A DNA stretch of 64,000 nt. Source: a virus. Positions within the stretch are counted from its first letter, which is position 1; every line of letters starts with the position of its first letter. The stretch lies in IMG/VR virus record IMGVR_UViG_3300046461_000319. The stretch is one strand, 5' to 3'. Shown here piece by piece: positions 1 through 10,583 of the stretch. The translations under genes and the position numbers were made by a program. Below the pieces are notes generated by a model, which ran no database searches, was not told the origin of the DNA, and saw nothing but the letters and a program-made list of their open reading frames with translations.

Positions 1-1
1 G

Positions 2-1846
2 TTGCCGCGGCATCTCGTTCCGGCATGGGGCGAAATTCATGTGCCGATGTTGGCGATCGAGACTGCCACCTTTCCGACGGGGATCAACTACATGGTCCGG
101 ACCAGCACTCTGGACACTCCCCCAGAGGGGGAAGCCAACTATGTAGCCTACCACGGCAGTGGTGGTTCAAACGAATACTCGGTGTTTAGTCAGAAGACGC
201 CCGCGACAGTCTCGTCTACGTCGATCCCGATCACCTATAACAAGGCAGAACTCGGCAATGAAGGTAGTCAGTGGGCCGGTATTCGCTTCTTCAATGACCC
301 TCGTGGTCTCGGTCGTCAAGGGCTGGAGTTCCCCCCATTCTATGGCATAGCGCGGATCTTTGGCGTCTATCAGGTTGTGGACTACAGCGTGAATGGCAGT
401 CCGTTCACGAACGCACGCCAGAGTGGCGGCACTGGCACAGCGGTCAATTTGCTACGGAAATCGATGGGGCCACAAGACGGTCCTCCGATGTGGATTGAGA
501 CCGATGCGGACGGCGACTCGACGTTCATCCTGAACGCCAAGGCCATCGATATCTCGAAGGCTCCGGCTCCCCTCGCTAACTTTGCGGATGGGTCTTACGT
601 GGTTGAGGCTGTGGTGTTCGGCTTTGATCGCGGGTCATTCGACTTGACTAAGGAGTTCCGCCTTGTCTTGACGAGGCCTCTTAACACCAACGGCTGGGCT
701 AATGTCGGGGGTGCTGGGGTAAACACGACCCCCGCAGGGCGCGCGAGCAACATCAACAAATGGGTAGAAGGCCTCGCGGGCCTCTTGCCAGGGCCAGCGC
801 AGCAAAGCGACCAGATCCTAGTGAACTACTCGCGGACCCCGTATCAGGGGGACGCATGGGGCTCACAAACCAACAACACGGACATCCCTTACGCGCCTGG
901 GCCGTTGCGGTCTGAGACCGCCTACCAACTGAGCCACACGAAGCTCAACACCTCCGGTCTTACTCGTCCGAACCAGAAGGTCCTTGAGGTTTTGGCGGCG
1001 ACCAGCTTCTCGACCGACCTGGGCACGGGGCGCTATTCGGGAGACGCCGTCGTAGATCCGTTGGACTTCAAGAATGTTGGTTTTGAAGACCAGAGCGCCT
1101 ACCCACCGGACATTGCTACCGCGGATCGCCCAAAGGTCATGGCGGCCAATTTCGCCGCGGCTGGAACGGATATAACGAGCATCGGTTCCGAGTATCTCGG
1201 GTGCACGGAGCGTTTGCCGCTCGGCGCTTTGTTTCGTGACAAGGACTTCCGTGGTCAGGCTTTTACTACCCACTCGTTAGCGCCGCTCGTCTATGCGGAT
1301 GTCGTAGGTGACGGACCCGCAGTCGGTTTGGCATCACCGAACAATACGGAGCAGAACGAGATCCCGCTCAACACGGCCAACTCCGGCGTGGGCTCACCGG
1401 GCGATATCTTGGTGCACGTCGACGGCGAGCAGTTCAGCACCTCGCTTTTGACGAACTATCGCGTTACTCGCGGCGGGTCCGTGTTCACGGCCAGTGGGAC
1501 ATGTCTGGGCGGCGCGCTCTCCATGCAAAACATATCGGCATTTCCCCAGACCAATCATGTGAACGCTGTGCATGGGCGCGCGATGTTGGTGCGAAATGCC
1601 GTCACTAATGTCGGGCTCAACGAGGTTTCGGCGGGTGATGAGCTCATGATGCTCATCGTAACCAGCGTCCAGCACCGCCCGCCCCAACTCAATCTGGCCC
1701 CGTCCAACATCACCATCGGTACGAACGGCACGGGTGAAGGATATTCAGCGGCTGACCTCTATCGTATCGAGGGGCACCCGCTTGTGCGGAACAACGTTCA
1801 TATGCAAGTGGACCCAGCGTCGATCGTATTGGCGCGAGGGGGCTGA
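2..1846 (+). CDS. 5'-truncated large protein, possibly virion structural (tail/baseplate-type)
   Basis: Open frame of 614 aa from the window edge; G/T/N/P-rich, beta-type composition; no enzyme motif recognised. Confidence 0.4.
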   Translation: MPRHLVPAWGEIHVPMLAIETATFPTGINYMVRTSTLDTPPEGEANYVAYHGSGGSNEYSVFSQKTPATVSSTSIPITYNKAELGNEGSQWAGIRFFNDPRGLGRQGLEFPPFYGIARIFGVYQVVDYSVNGSPFTNARQSGGTGTAVNLLRKSMGPQDGPPMWIETDADGDSTFILNAKAIDISKAPAPLANFADGSYVVEAVVFGFDRGSFDLTKEFRLVLTRPLNTNGWANVGGAGVNTTPAGRASNINKWVEGLAGLLPGPAQQSDQILVNYSRTPYQGDAWGSQTNNTDIPYAPGPLRSETAYQLSHTKLNTSGLTRPNQKVLEVLAATSFSTDLGTGRYSGDAVVDPLDFKNVGFEDQSAYPPDIATADRPKVMAANFAAAGTDITSIGSEYLGCTERLPLGALFRDKDFRGQAFTTHSLAPLVYADVVGDGPAVGLASPNNTEQNEIPLNTANSGVGSPGDILVHVDGEQFSTSLLTNYRVTRGGSVFTASGTCLGGALSMQNISAFPQTNHVNAVHGRAMLVRNAVTNVGLNEVSAGDELMMLIVTSVQHRPPQLNLAPSNITIGTNGTGEGYSAADLYRIEGHPLVRNNVHMQVDPASIVLARGG

Positions 1847-1855
1847 TGGGTTGGT

Positions 1856-1861
1856 GGTGTA
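1856..1861 (+). promoter_or_regulatory. GGTGTA promoter-like element (class A, representative copy)
   Basis: GGTGTA lies 9-10 nt before start codons at 1872, 11262, 14290, 17520, 19418, 22849, 30374, 48496, 55613, 56623 (+) and 28348, 29027, 32197 (-). Confidence 0.7.
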
Positions 1862-1871
1862 GCTGCCCACG

Positions 1872-3644
1872 ATGGCAGCCTCTGAAGACACCACCTCCAA
1901 GCACGCCAAGGTCTATGAAACCCTCAAAAAGGTCCGCGCTAGCAAAGACGTAACGCTCAAGCCAATCGGGATGCTGCGCCAGGAGATCCAAGTCCTGGAT
2001 GGCACGCTGCAGCCACTCTCGATCAGGTATTACCAGGTCCAGGCAATCTTCCACCTGCTGAGTATGAAGCGGATGGTGCTCGGCGATGCTACGGGCACAG
2101 GCAAGACTCTCGTCTTGATCGCATCCCTTTGTTACACGTGGGAAAAAGAGCCCGACAACAAGGTCATTGTGGTGTGCCCGAAGTCGGCACTTCGCCAGTG
2201 GTGTTCCGAGATCGAGAAGTTCACCACGGGCATCACCACATACGTTGTCGACGGGACGCCAAACGAACGCAAGCAAACGTATCTAGAGTTCGCCCTGCAC
2301 AAGGGACCCACGAAGCCGGTGATGCTGATGGGGTACGCGCCCCTTGTGCGAGACTGGCATCAAGGGGCAAAGCCCTCACCTTTGATCAAAGGCAAGCCAG
2401 ACCCGAAGGTGCCACCTGTCCGTGGGACCCTCGACGGGATCACGGCTCGCATCCCGCACCTCACCATTGCCTTCGATGAAGCGACGGCATTCAAGAGCGA
2501 CCGCACCAAGACATGGCAGGTCTGCAAAGAGCTGTCCGACCGAGCGAGTCGTTGTTATGGGCTAACCGCCACGCTGCTGAAGAACAACCTGATCGAAGGG
2601 TTCTCGATCTACAAGGTGATCTACTCGCAGGTCTTCACGACCAAGTCGGCCTTCCTTCGCGAGTACTGCGTCACGAGACTGCAGAGCGTAGCCGGGTCAC
2701 GGAAGATCCCGATCGTCGTAGGCTACAAGAACCTGCAGGCCTTCCGCGACCGGATTGATCCATTCTTCTTGGGCCGACCCAAGCACGAGATCTCGAGCGA
2801 GCTGCCGACGCTCATCACTCGGGAGGTCGCGTGCGAGCTCTCGGCCGCTGAGGACGCCAAGTACAGCGAGGCCTTGTCCGGCATGCTCGCCTTGGGCGAC
2901 GGCAATCTCAAGGACTACTCTGACAACAAGACCCTTGTCGCGCTGATTTACTGTCAAAAGACCGTCGATTCGATGTCTCTGCTCAAGTACGACGCGGGGG
3001 ACTTGATCGAGCTCGACGTTGTCAGCGGCGAGGAAACGGAAGTCCGCGCCTTGGGCGCCAAGGAGCAAGCCTTGCTCGACTTGCTGACTGAAGAGTTCAG
3101 CGATGAGAAAGTCATCGTCTACTGCCGCTTCACGTCTCTGATCACTCGCCTGCGCGACATCTGCAAAAAGGCCGGGATCGAGAGTGTAGAGGTGAGCGGC
3201 AAGGTCACGGATACGAAGAGCAACCCGGCGCGCAAAAAAGCACAGGATGCGTTTCAGGACCTGAAATCCAGTGTACGGGTGATCTTCATCTCCGACGCAG
3301 GCTCGGAGGCGATCAACCTCCAGGCGGCGTCAGCCATGATCTTCTACAACGCCCCGTGGAGTTGGGGCAACTACGTGCAGCTGCTTGGCCGGCCAATTCG
3401 TATCGGCTCGCCGCACCAACACGTGATCGCGCTGCACCTTGTAGCCGAGCGCCCACGCAGCACGGAGAAGCAGCGCAAAACCATCGACCACTACACGCTC
3501 GAGATTCTTCAGAAGAAAAAGGACCTCATAGACAAGGTCCTTGGTGAGTCTGCGGTCGGAGCCTTGGACTTTGACCGCAGCTCGAACTTCACGGTTGACC
3601 TAGCCAACAGCCTTAGGAGCCGAGCCAATGACTCAAGTCAATAG
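1872..3644 (+). CDS. SNF2/SWI2-family (SF2) helicase/ATPase
   Basis: LGDATGTGKT (motif I), VVCPKS, FDEAT (II), LTATL (III), INLQAAS/PWS, QLLGRPIRIG (VI). Confidence 0.9.
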   Translation: MAASEDTTSKHAKVYETLKKVRASKDVTLKPIGMLRQEIQVLDGTLQPLSIRYYQVQAIFHLLSMKRMVLGDATGTGKTLVLIASLCYTWEKEPDNKVIVVCPKSALRQWCSEIEKFTTGITTYVVDGTPNERKQTYLEFALHKGPTKPVMLMGYAPLVRDWHQGAKPSPLIKGKPDPKVPPVRGTLDGITARIPHLTIAFDEATAFKSDRTKTWQVCKELSDRASRCYGLTATLLKNNLIEGFSIYKVIYSQVFTTKSAFLREYCVTRLQSVAGSRKIPIVVGYKNLQAFRDRIDPFFLGRPKHEISSELPTLITREVACELSAAEDAKYSEALSGMLALGDGNLKDYSDNKTLVALIYCQKTVDSMSLLKYDAGDLIELDVVSGEETEVRALGAKEQALLDLLTEEFSDEKVIVYCRFTSLITRLRDICKKAGIESVEVSGKVTDTKSNPARKKAQDAFQDLKSSVRVIFISDAGSEAINLQAASAMIFYNAPWSWGNYVQLLGRPIRIGSPHQHVIALHLVAERPRSTEKQRKTIDHYTLEILQKKKDLIDKVLGESAVGALDFDRSSNFTVDLANSLRSRANDSSQ

Positions 3645-4503
3645 TCCTCCGGTATGCCGTCTCTGCAACGGTGAGCAGTGGCGTGAAGAGGTTCGGGATG
3701 GTGAGATCGCATCCTGGCCCTGTCTCTGTCTTCGGCGCGAGATGATGCTCCAGTTCCTGGGGTCGGAGCTCGCGAGAGCCAAGCACCACAAGAGCGAGCT
3801 CTTCATGCCGGAGCTCGACCCCGAGACCAATCAGGTCATCGGGGACCGCACTCTAGACAACCTTTTCATCAAGGGCGTGTGGTCTGAAGCTGCGGCGCAT
3901 CTTAGGTGGGCACTGTCCGGGAAAAAGTCGGTGTTGCCGGGCTTCTCCTTTCGGATGGTGAACGATGAAAAGCTCTTGCGCGTGTGGTTGGGCCAGTTCT
4001 CGTACAGTAACCGGTCGAAGAAGGTCCGGGATGACCTTGCCACGTTCAACAACCTCAGCGACTTGATCTCCGATTGCTCTCTGCTGATCGTCAGACTAGG
4101 GCAACTCGGCTACAAGAACGTGGCGGCGGGCGACGTTCTTCAAGAGGCTCTCAATATCAGGGCGACCGAATCCAAGCCAACCTGGCTCATCGAGGGCGAG
4201 GAGTACTTTGGCGATGGGCACAAGTTTTACAACGATACGGTAGGGACATACATCACGAACAACTTTGAAGTCGTCGATGTAGGAGGCGACGTCAAGGCGG
4301 CCCGTGAGCTCCGCGCTAGCATGCAGGCCCTCGGGGAGACCGTGGCGATGGGCCTCGATATCGAGCCCGTGGTTGGTTCAATCGAGACCAAGGAGGCCTT
4401 CACGGCGGAGCCCGGCGCTCTGCAGAACAGGGGTCGCTCCAAGTTAAAGAAGTGGGGTCGCGGGGGACGTAACAATTCAGGTGGGGGGCTTCCAGGACTA
4501 TGA
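3628..4503 (+). CDS. Putative helicase loader / DnaC-like replication protein with N-terminal Zn finger
   Basis: CRLC...CLC N-terminus; directly upstream of and coupled to DnaB; no intact Walker A seen. Confidence 0.45.
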   Translation: MTQVNSPPVCRLCNGEQWREEVRDGEIASWPCLCLRREMMLQFLGSELARAKHHKSELFMPELDPETNQVIGDRTLDNLFIKGVWSEAAAHLRWALSGKKSVLPGFSFRMVNDEKLLRVWLGQFSYSNRSKKVRDDLATFNNLSDLISDCSLLIVRLGQLGYKNVAAGDVLQEALNIRATESKPTWLIEGEEYFGDGHKFYNDTVGTYITNNFEVVDVGGDVKAARELRASMQALGETVAMGLDIEPVVGSIETKEAFTAEPGALQNRGRSKLKKWGRGGRNNSGGGLPGL

Positions 4504-5987
4504 CTAAGCGTCTACTGCGGTCTGTCATTGAGTACGATCAAGAAGTGTCGTCGGCCAATCTGGTTCGCAACTTTCAGCATCTGCGCAAGGCTGTCGACTC
4601 GGGGACGATCACTTGGGGTCGGCCTGATGATGAGAGCATCTACCGCTTCATCCAGGGCTTCTTTACCCAATACTTTGAGATGCCAGCCTCGACCACGGTC
4701 TCAGACTATTTCAATAGTGTGGAGCGATCTGACTTCGCACTGCGGGTCGCCGAGATCGGGATTGAGCGTGCCTATGCACGCACTAACTACATAGCGTTGC
4801 TGCGCGCGTTGCAGGACGAGGTGGTCAGGGGAAAGGCCCACAACATCATCAAGGAGGCCAACGAGATCCTGATGAAAGGCAAGACCGACGAAAAGACAGG
4901 GGAGATCACGAAGGGGCTGGAGCCGGCGTTCGTGTATCTCAGTTCCAACCTGCAGGAGCTCCGCGTCACTGAGAACAATGCGCAGATTCACGGTGATATC
5001 CGCACCGACGGTGCCGTGATTCGCGAGGAGTACCAGCGAGCAGAGAACGACCGCGGCAAGGCCCTTGGGGCCATCTCAGGGCTCCGTGAAATGGACGAGG
5101 CGTGCAAGGGCGCCAAGAAGGGCGAGCTCTGGATACACGCCGCGTTTCCGGGTGAGCTCAAGACAATGCTCGCCTGCAACTGGGCTTACAACACGGTGAC
5201 TCGCTTCAAGAAGAACGTTGTCTACGTCTCGTTCGAGATGCCGCGCGAGCAGATCCGCAGAAACATCTTGGTCCAACACTCAGCCAACGCCCGTTTTCGG
5301 CAAATGGGTTTTCAGCCACTCGACTACGGCAAGATCAGGGACGGCGAGCTCACGCCCGAGGAGAGAGACTTCTACCTCAACCATGTCGTAACGGACTTTG
5401 AGAGCAACCCGACGTACACGACGTTCGAGGTTGTCACCCCGGACCGTGAGTGGACCACGGCGGACATCAAGACCGAGCTCGAGATGTTGCACCGGGAGTT
5501 CGAGGTGGGGCTGGTGATATTCGATCACGGGCAGTGGATCGAGGCACGCAAAGCACGCAAGAACAAGGACTACACGATCGAGATCAACTCGGTGATCAAT
5601 GACTGCAAGCGGCTGGCTCTGACGTTCGACAACAATGCCGGAATCCCCGTCATCATGCTGTTTCAGATCAATCGCAACGGCAAGACCGAGGCTGACAAGA
5701 ACGACGGCATTTACAAGATGAATGCCCTTACGTACGCAAACAACTGCGAGAAGACCGCGGACGTCATCACGACCTCGTACCTCAATGAAGAGCTGCGCAA
5801 AATGGGCGCGACTAAGTTCACGAATCTAAAGAACCGAGACAACCGGCTCTTTGACCCGTTCACGGCCCGTGTGCAGTTCGCCTGTCGCAGGATCACGTCG
5901 GCGGCAAGGGAGGGCGGTGAGGGGTTCGTGGTCGACGATCACGACGCGATGATGACCGGCGGCGGCGGTATTGACGTGCAGCTCTAG
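4500..5987 (+). CDS. dnaB: DnaB-like replicative helicase
   Basis: KKGELWIHAAFPGELKT (variant Walker A), YVSFEM, LVIFDH, MLFQINR, KTADVI, KNRD. Confidence 0.88.
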   Translation: MTKRLLRSVIEYDQEVSSANLVRNFQHLRKAVDSGTITWGRPDDESIYRFIQGFFTQYFEMPASTTVSDYFNSVERSDFALRVAEIGIERAYARTNYIALLRALQDEVVRGKAHNIIKEANEILMKGKTDEKTGEITKGLEPAFVYLSSNLQELRVTENNAQIHGDIRTDGAVIREEYQRAENDRGKALGAISGLREMDEACKGAKKGELWIHAAFPGELKTMLACNWAYNTVTRFKKNVVYVSFEMPREQIRRNILVQHSANARFRQMGFQPLDYGKIRDGELTPEERDFYLNHVVTDFESNPTYTTFEVVTPDREWTTADIKTELEMLHREFEVGLVIFDHGQWIEARKARKNKDYTIEINSVINDCKRLALTFDNNAGIPVIMLFQINRNGKTEADKNDGIYKMNALTYANNCEKTADVITTSYLNEELRKMGATKFTNLKNRDNRLFDPFTARVQFACRRITSAAREGGEGFVVDDHDAMMTGGGGIDVQL

Positions 5988-5995
5988 GGGGGACA

Positions 5996-6631
5996 ATGCC
6001 CAGGCAAAGTCACGAGCTCGACAGCTACGAGTCTCGCTTCCGCGACTGGTATAAGCTAAGGGCTGCCAACATCCGCAGCCATGTCTCCGCAGCTGATGTC
6101 CTGAGTCGTAACGGGGTCACGCTGCGGAGACATGGCTCCGCTGCCGAACAGATCTCATGCCCATTCCACGGCACGGACAGTCACCCGAGCGCAAAGTATT
6201 TTCCAGAGGAAGGCGATAGCCAATCCCATGTCTGGTGCTTCGTGTGCCACGAAAACTGGGATGCAATCGGTCTGTGGAAAAAGTTCACGGGGACTGAGCG
6301 CTTCACGGATATCTTACGTCAGATAGAGCGCGACTTCGGGTTGACCGTCCCGGACCCCCCACTCACTAGAGGCGAGGACGAAAGACGCGTTGAGGACCCA
6401 TTGGCCGTGGAGGTGGAACGCTTGCTTGACAGCTGCGAGCGGCTACTGCGGGAACACCGTGACTCCTTTGAGTTGACGCGCCATCTCAAGCTGGGGTCAA
6501 TCCTTGACCTCACGCGCCATCACTTGGAGCGTGGCCGGATCGATATGCAGACCGGAAAACAACGGTTGAGTCAGATCGCGAACCGCATTCTATCAGAGGC
6601 AAGCCGTGCCAAGGCGTCTGCAGCTACCTAG
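5996..6631 (+). CDS. CHC2 zinc-finger protein (primase Zn-binding domain without TOPRIM domain)
   Basis: SCPFHGTDSHPS...WCFVC...WDAIGL; helical C-terminus; no TOPRIM acidic motifs. Confidence 0.8.
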   Translation: MPRQSHELDSYESRFRDWYKLRAANIRSHVSAADVLSRNGVTLRRHGSAAEQISCPFHGTDSHPSAKYFPEEGDSQSHVWCFVCHENWDAIGLWKKFTGTERFTDILRQIERDFGLTVPDPPLTRGEDERRVEDPLAVEVERLLDSCERLLREHRDSFELTRHLKLGSILDLTRHHLERGRIDMQTGKQRLSQIANRILSEASRAKASAAT

Positions 6632-7019
6632 CCGGGAGATGGGCACCTTACAGCTGTATCTCATCTACTGCTACGGGGACAAGTGGGAAGAAGAGTGGCT
6701 GCCTATGCAAGGAGTGCTCGACCTTCCTAGCGTGAGCAAAGAGGTGATGGATCACGCTCTGCGTGGTTGGACTAGGCCTTTGGTGGATTCGCTTGGTCCG
6801 CCTCCGAAGGGCAAGCTCTTGCTGCTGCCTCGTTCTGCCCGCACTTGTGCGAACAAGGGGACGTGCCCTTCGTTCGATGCAAAACAGTGCGGGCTCCTGC
6901 TCAAAAAAATGCCGTGGTGTTTCGAGTCGGAGGGGCTGGAACCGCGGCTTTTAGTCGCTGAGGTCATCAAGCTTTGGAGAGAGGAGGTGTACGTGGTCGT
7001 TGTTAGGGAGGATGCATGA
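6606..7019 (+). CDS. Hypothetical protein with Cys cluster
   Basis: Coupled between primase ZBD and polymerase; C-x5-C-x6-C-x9-C. Confidence 0.6.
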   Translation: MPRRLQLPSREMGTLQLYLIYCYGDKWEEEWLPMQGVLDLPSVSKEVMDHALRGWTRPLVDSLGPPPKGKLLLLPRSARTCANKGTCPSFDAKQCGLLLKKMPWCFESEGLEPRLLVAEVIKLWREEVYVVVVREDA

Positions 7020-9970
7020 GCCAAATCGATGATGATCTAGACTTCGAAGCGTTGCTCGTGGACAAACAACAAGAGGCCCCGCCGACGGTGAAAGAAGCAG
7101 CACCCGTCGCGGCCCCTGCAGAGGAGGAGGAGGATCAACCAGACTGGATGGCTGATGAACTAGCCACCATTGAGAAAGCGGCACCCCTTCAACGGAAGCT
7201 TCTCGTAGAGGTGGAGGGCGATGACCCGCTCGATTTCCTTTCGAGCTCCGGGATCAAACCTGATCGCACGGTGCCCGACCTAAAAGAACCGTGGATGAAT
7301 CACCACAAGTTCACCCTGGTGACTTCGGTTGAACAGGTGAATCAGATCGTGGACGAGTGCATCCGGGCCGGTTCGTGTTCGCTGGACCTCGAGACTGAGG
7401 GGCTGGACAACCGGATTCAGTATCGAGCCGACAACTCACCTGAGACCGTGCACAAGATCGTGGGGTTCTGCATCTCGCACGATGGCAAGGAGGGGTTTTA
7501 CATTCCTGTTAGGCACACCCCTACTGACGGTGGGCCGGATCTGAATGTTAGACCCATCGAGCAGGTTGAGGCTGCTATTTCGCGGCTGTGCCACGCGGCC
7601 ATCCCGGAGGGCACGCCAGAGGACAAGGCGGCGGACCCGCTGTCTTACAAGTGCTCGCCGCCCAAGCTGGTCATCTATTTTTGGAATGCGCAGTTCGATC
7701 AAGAGTTTCTGTATCCAGTGACCGGGATCGATTGGTGGCATCCATCATCGTTTGAGGATGGCATGCTCGCGTCTTTTTGCATCTACGCGGGCGATAAGCA
7801 GCTGGGCCTCAAGCCCAAGGCTAAAGAGTTCCTTCGGGACCCCGATGGCAATCCGTACACGATGATCAAGCTGAAGGACCTGTTCTTCGGTCGAGCGAAG
7901 GACATTCGCTTCGCGCTCTTAGCGCCGGATGAGCCGGGTGTCTTGAGGTACGCCGGCTCGGATGCAATCTGCACTTACCTGCTCTGCAAGCTGCCGCGGA
8001 TCGTGCCGCTATGCCATGAGCGGCACGGGAACATCTACCGCATCGAAAAGCAAACCTCATGCGCGCTTCGTCCCATGGAGCGAGCTCGCATCCGCATCAA
8101 CCGGGAGCATGTTCGCGGGCTCCTTCTGGAGCAGGAGGCCATTAAGGCGGAGCTCGTAGAGAAGATCCGCCGATTCTCCATCGAAGCACGTGGCATGGAG
8201 GTCGACCCAAACTCCCCGAAGCAGCTGTCTGAGTTCTTGTTTGGGGAAAAGCCCGGTGGGCTCGACATCACGCCGAAGCCAGAGAAGAACGCCGCGAGCG
8301 GCCAGTACAAGACTGACGGCGAGACGCTCGAGCTGTTGGCCAAGGCGCCGAAAGCACCTACCATTCTGAAGGACATTGTTAGGTATCGAGAAGTCGATAA
8401 GTTCATCGGGACCTACCTATTAGGGCTCACCAACAACCCTGACGAGAACGATGAGATCCGTGTCTCATTCAAGCAGACCGGCGCCGCATCAGGACGATTT
8501 AGCGCACCGGCGGGTGAAGCCGACCAGGGGTACTCCGGGATACCCGTTCACGGGATCCCGAAGGACTCGGACCTCCGACGTGATTTCGTCGGGCGCCTGG
8601 GGTTCGCAGTACTCAAGGCAGATTATGCCGGACAAGAGCTACGCATCGGAACTAACGTGGCGGTCGAGAAGGCCTGGATCGAGGAGTTTTTGAAGGGATC
8701 CGGTGATCTTCACACGCTCACGGCTCGAGCGTTCTTCGGTAAGGAGGATGTTAGTAAAGAGGAACGAGGCATGGGGAAAGCGGCGAACTTCGCGCTTCTC
8801 TATGGTGGCGGGACCAAGGCGCTCATGGCTGCCACGGGCTGCGATGAAATGGAGGCCAAGCGGCGCAAGCATGCGTTCGACAAGGCTCTGCCGAATTTCG
8901 CCGCCTGGGTGAAAAAGCAACACCAGAAGGTGAAGGACCAGCTCGGGGTGACGACGGCGTTCGGGCGCTGGCTCTCTTTGCCGGACGCGAGGCACGAAGA
9001 CCGTGCGGTGCAGGCGGCAGTAGAGCGGCATGCGGTCAACTATCAGATCCAGGGTGCCGGCGCCGACATCATGAAGATTAGTCTCATCCTGCTCACCAAG
9101 AAGTTCCACAAGGAGGGCTGGCTCAAGAACGGGGGTGATGACTCTGTGCGAATGCTTCTAACCGTGCACGATGAAATTGTTTTCGAGGTGAGGTATGACC
9201 GCGTCGCGGAGGTGCTCCCCATCATTGTAGATCTGATGGAGTCCCCTTGGCGGTTGCCTAACAATCCGCGGTGGGTCGTACCTTTGATCGTTGAGCCACT
9301 CGTCGGGTTCAACTGGAAGTCGGGCTTTGCCGTCGAGCGAGCCAAGAAGGAGCGAGACATCAAGGAGAGCGAGATCGACCGTTACGAGAACGAGATCCCA
9401 CTCCGCAAGCATGAGGTCTTGATGAACGGGTTTGTGTACAGCACGACCCGCAAGGCTGAAAAGGACAAGGCCACGAAACAGGTGACCGAGGCCCCTGACC
9501 AGCAAGAGGTGCTCGAAGGGGATGTATTCAGGATCATCGATGCACCATGGCTCGTTGGCAAGGCGTTGCCGCCGACGCCGGGTCCAGGCTCTGGCGGGGC
9601 ACCGCCCGAGCCGAAGCCGGAAGCTCCAAAAGCTGTCTACGCAGAGCCGGTGCCTATTCGGGCGGCGGCCCAGCCAGTTCGAGCGGTCTCGCCGATTGGA
9701 GCCCCGCCGCCATGGCTCAAACGCGGGGAGCTCAAGCTGCGGATCGAAAAGCTCACCCTGCAGACGGCTGACCAAGTTTGCGATGTCATCGTCAGCACGA
9801 CTGACAGAGATGACGGGCTAGACCTTCATCTCACCGACGTGAGCGGGACCGTCAGTCTCTTCGGCCCCTGGATCTGCCCCGTCAACAAGAAACGCTTCAT
9901 GGATTGCCTTGGGAGGCTGAATCTTCTGTGCGAGGCGGAGAACGAATATGGCGCCCAAGAAGCGAGTTGA
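7016..9970 (+). CDS. polA: Family A DNA polymerase (3'-5' exonuclease + polymerase, no 5' nuclease)
   Basis: ExoI SLDLETEGL, ExoII FWNAQFD, ExoIII YAGSDA; motif A KADYAGQELRI, motif B RGMGKAANFALLYGGG, motif C LTVHDEIV. Confidence 0.95.
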   Translation: MSQIDDDLDFEALLVDKQQEAPPTVKEAAPVAAPAEEEEDQPDWMADELATIEKAAPLQRKLLVEVEGDDPLDFLSSSGIKPDRTVPDLKEPWMNHHKFTLVTSVEQVNQIVDECIRAGSCSLDLETEGLDNRIQYRADNSPETVHKIVGFCISHDGKEGFYIPVRHTPTDGGPDLNVRPIEQVEAAISRLCHAAIPEGTPEDKAADPLSYKCSPPKLVIYFWNAQFDQEFLYPVTGIDWWHPSSFEDGMLASFCIYAGDKQLGLKPKAKEFLRDPDGNPYTMIKLKDLFFGRAKDIRFALLAPDEPGVLRYAGSDAICTYLLCKLPRIVPLCHERHGNIYRIEKQTSCALRPMERARIRINREHVRGLLLEQEAIKAELVEKIRRFSIEARGMEVDPNSPKQLSEFLFGEKPGGLDITPKPEKNAASGQYKTDGETLELLAKAPKAPTILKDIVRYREVDKFIGTYLLGLTNNPDENDEIRVSFKQTGAASGRFSAPAGEADQGYSGIPVHGIPKDSDLRRDFVGRLGFAVLKADYAGQELRIGTNVAVEKAWIEEFLKGSGDLHTLTARAFFGKEDVSKEERGMGKAANFALLYGGGTKALMAATGCDEMEAKRRKHAFDKALPNFAAWVKKQHQKVKDQLGVTTAFGRWLSLPDARHEDRAVQAAVERHAVNYQIQGAGADIMKISLILLTKKFHKEGWLKNGGDDSVRMLLTVHDEIVFEVRYDRVAEVLPIIVDLMESPWRLPNNPRWVVPLIVEPLVGFNWKSGFAVERAKKERDIKESEIDRYENEIPLRKHEVLMNGFVYSTTRKAEKDKATKQVTEAPDQQEVLEGDVFRIIDAPWLVGKALPPTPGPGSGGAPPEPKPEAPKAVYAEPVPIRAAAQPVRAVSPIGAPPPWLKRGELKLRIEKLTLQTADQVCDVIVSTTDRDDGLDLHLTDVSGTVSLFGPWICPVNKKRFMDCLGRLNLLCEAENEYGAQEAS

Positions 9971-10583
9971 CCTGTATGCGGAGTGCAACATAGAGCCGCG
10001 AGCTCCACTGGATGTGTTCACAGCGGAGTGTTGCGTGCGTTGCGTCAACCCTGATTGCAGCCGCAGCCGTTTCGGCGACTCAAAGTTCGAGGACAGGGTT
10101 TCTAACTGGTACGAGAGGCTGTTCTCTGAAGTGCCTAGAATGCTTCCCAACGATGAGCGATTTGGGTCAATCGCTGGTCAGAAGTTTCTGTTGATCGACC
10201 CCGCGCGACCGGCACAGCCGGCGAACTGGGTTGACCCGAGAGACCTGGAAGTCACGAGAGTCACTGTCCCCTCACCAGCACCTGTTGCCAAGGCGCCGGT
10301 CACTCCTGAACCGATAGTAACCCCCGAGCCCGAGCCTGAGCCAGCTCCTACCGTGGAGCCGCCGCCTGTGGCTGAGGCGACCCCATTGCCCACGGAGCCC
10401 AAGACTCCCACGGCTCCCGCGAGACCCGACCTGGCGTTTACGAATACGCCAGCGAAACCCGGTCAGATGATTGGGAATAGACAGAAGCCCACACCGTCAG
10501 AGTGGCCCGCATCGCCGCCAGTTGAGGCACCGCCAGATGCTCTGATCGTGAAGACCGGAGCGAAAGTGAGGATAGGCGCGTGA
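9948..10583 (+). CDS. Hypothetical protein, Cys-rich N-terminus and Pro-rich linker
   Basis: ECCVRCVNPDC motif; overlaps the polA stop. Confidence 0.65.
   Translation: MAPKKRVDLYAECNIEPRAPLDVFTAECCVRCVNPDCSRSRFGDSKFEDRVSNWYERLFSEVPRMLPNDERFGSIAGQKFLLIDPARPAQPANWVDPRDLEVTRVTVPSPAPVAKAPVTPEPIVTPEPEPEPAPTVEPPPVAEATPLPTEPKTPTAPARPDLAFTNTPAKPGQMIGNRQKPTPSEWPASPPVEAPPDALIVKTGAKVRIGA

Noticed and set aside
10300-10400. PEPEPEP / poly-Pro and Gly-rich runs as DNA repeats (also 38060-38090, 42660-42840)
   Set aside because: Ordinary low-complexity protein linkers.
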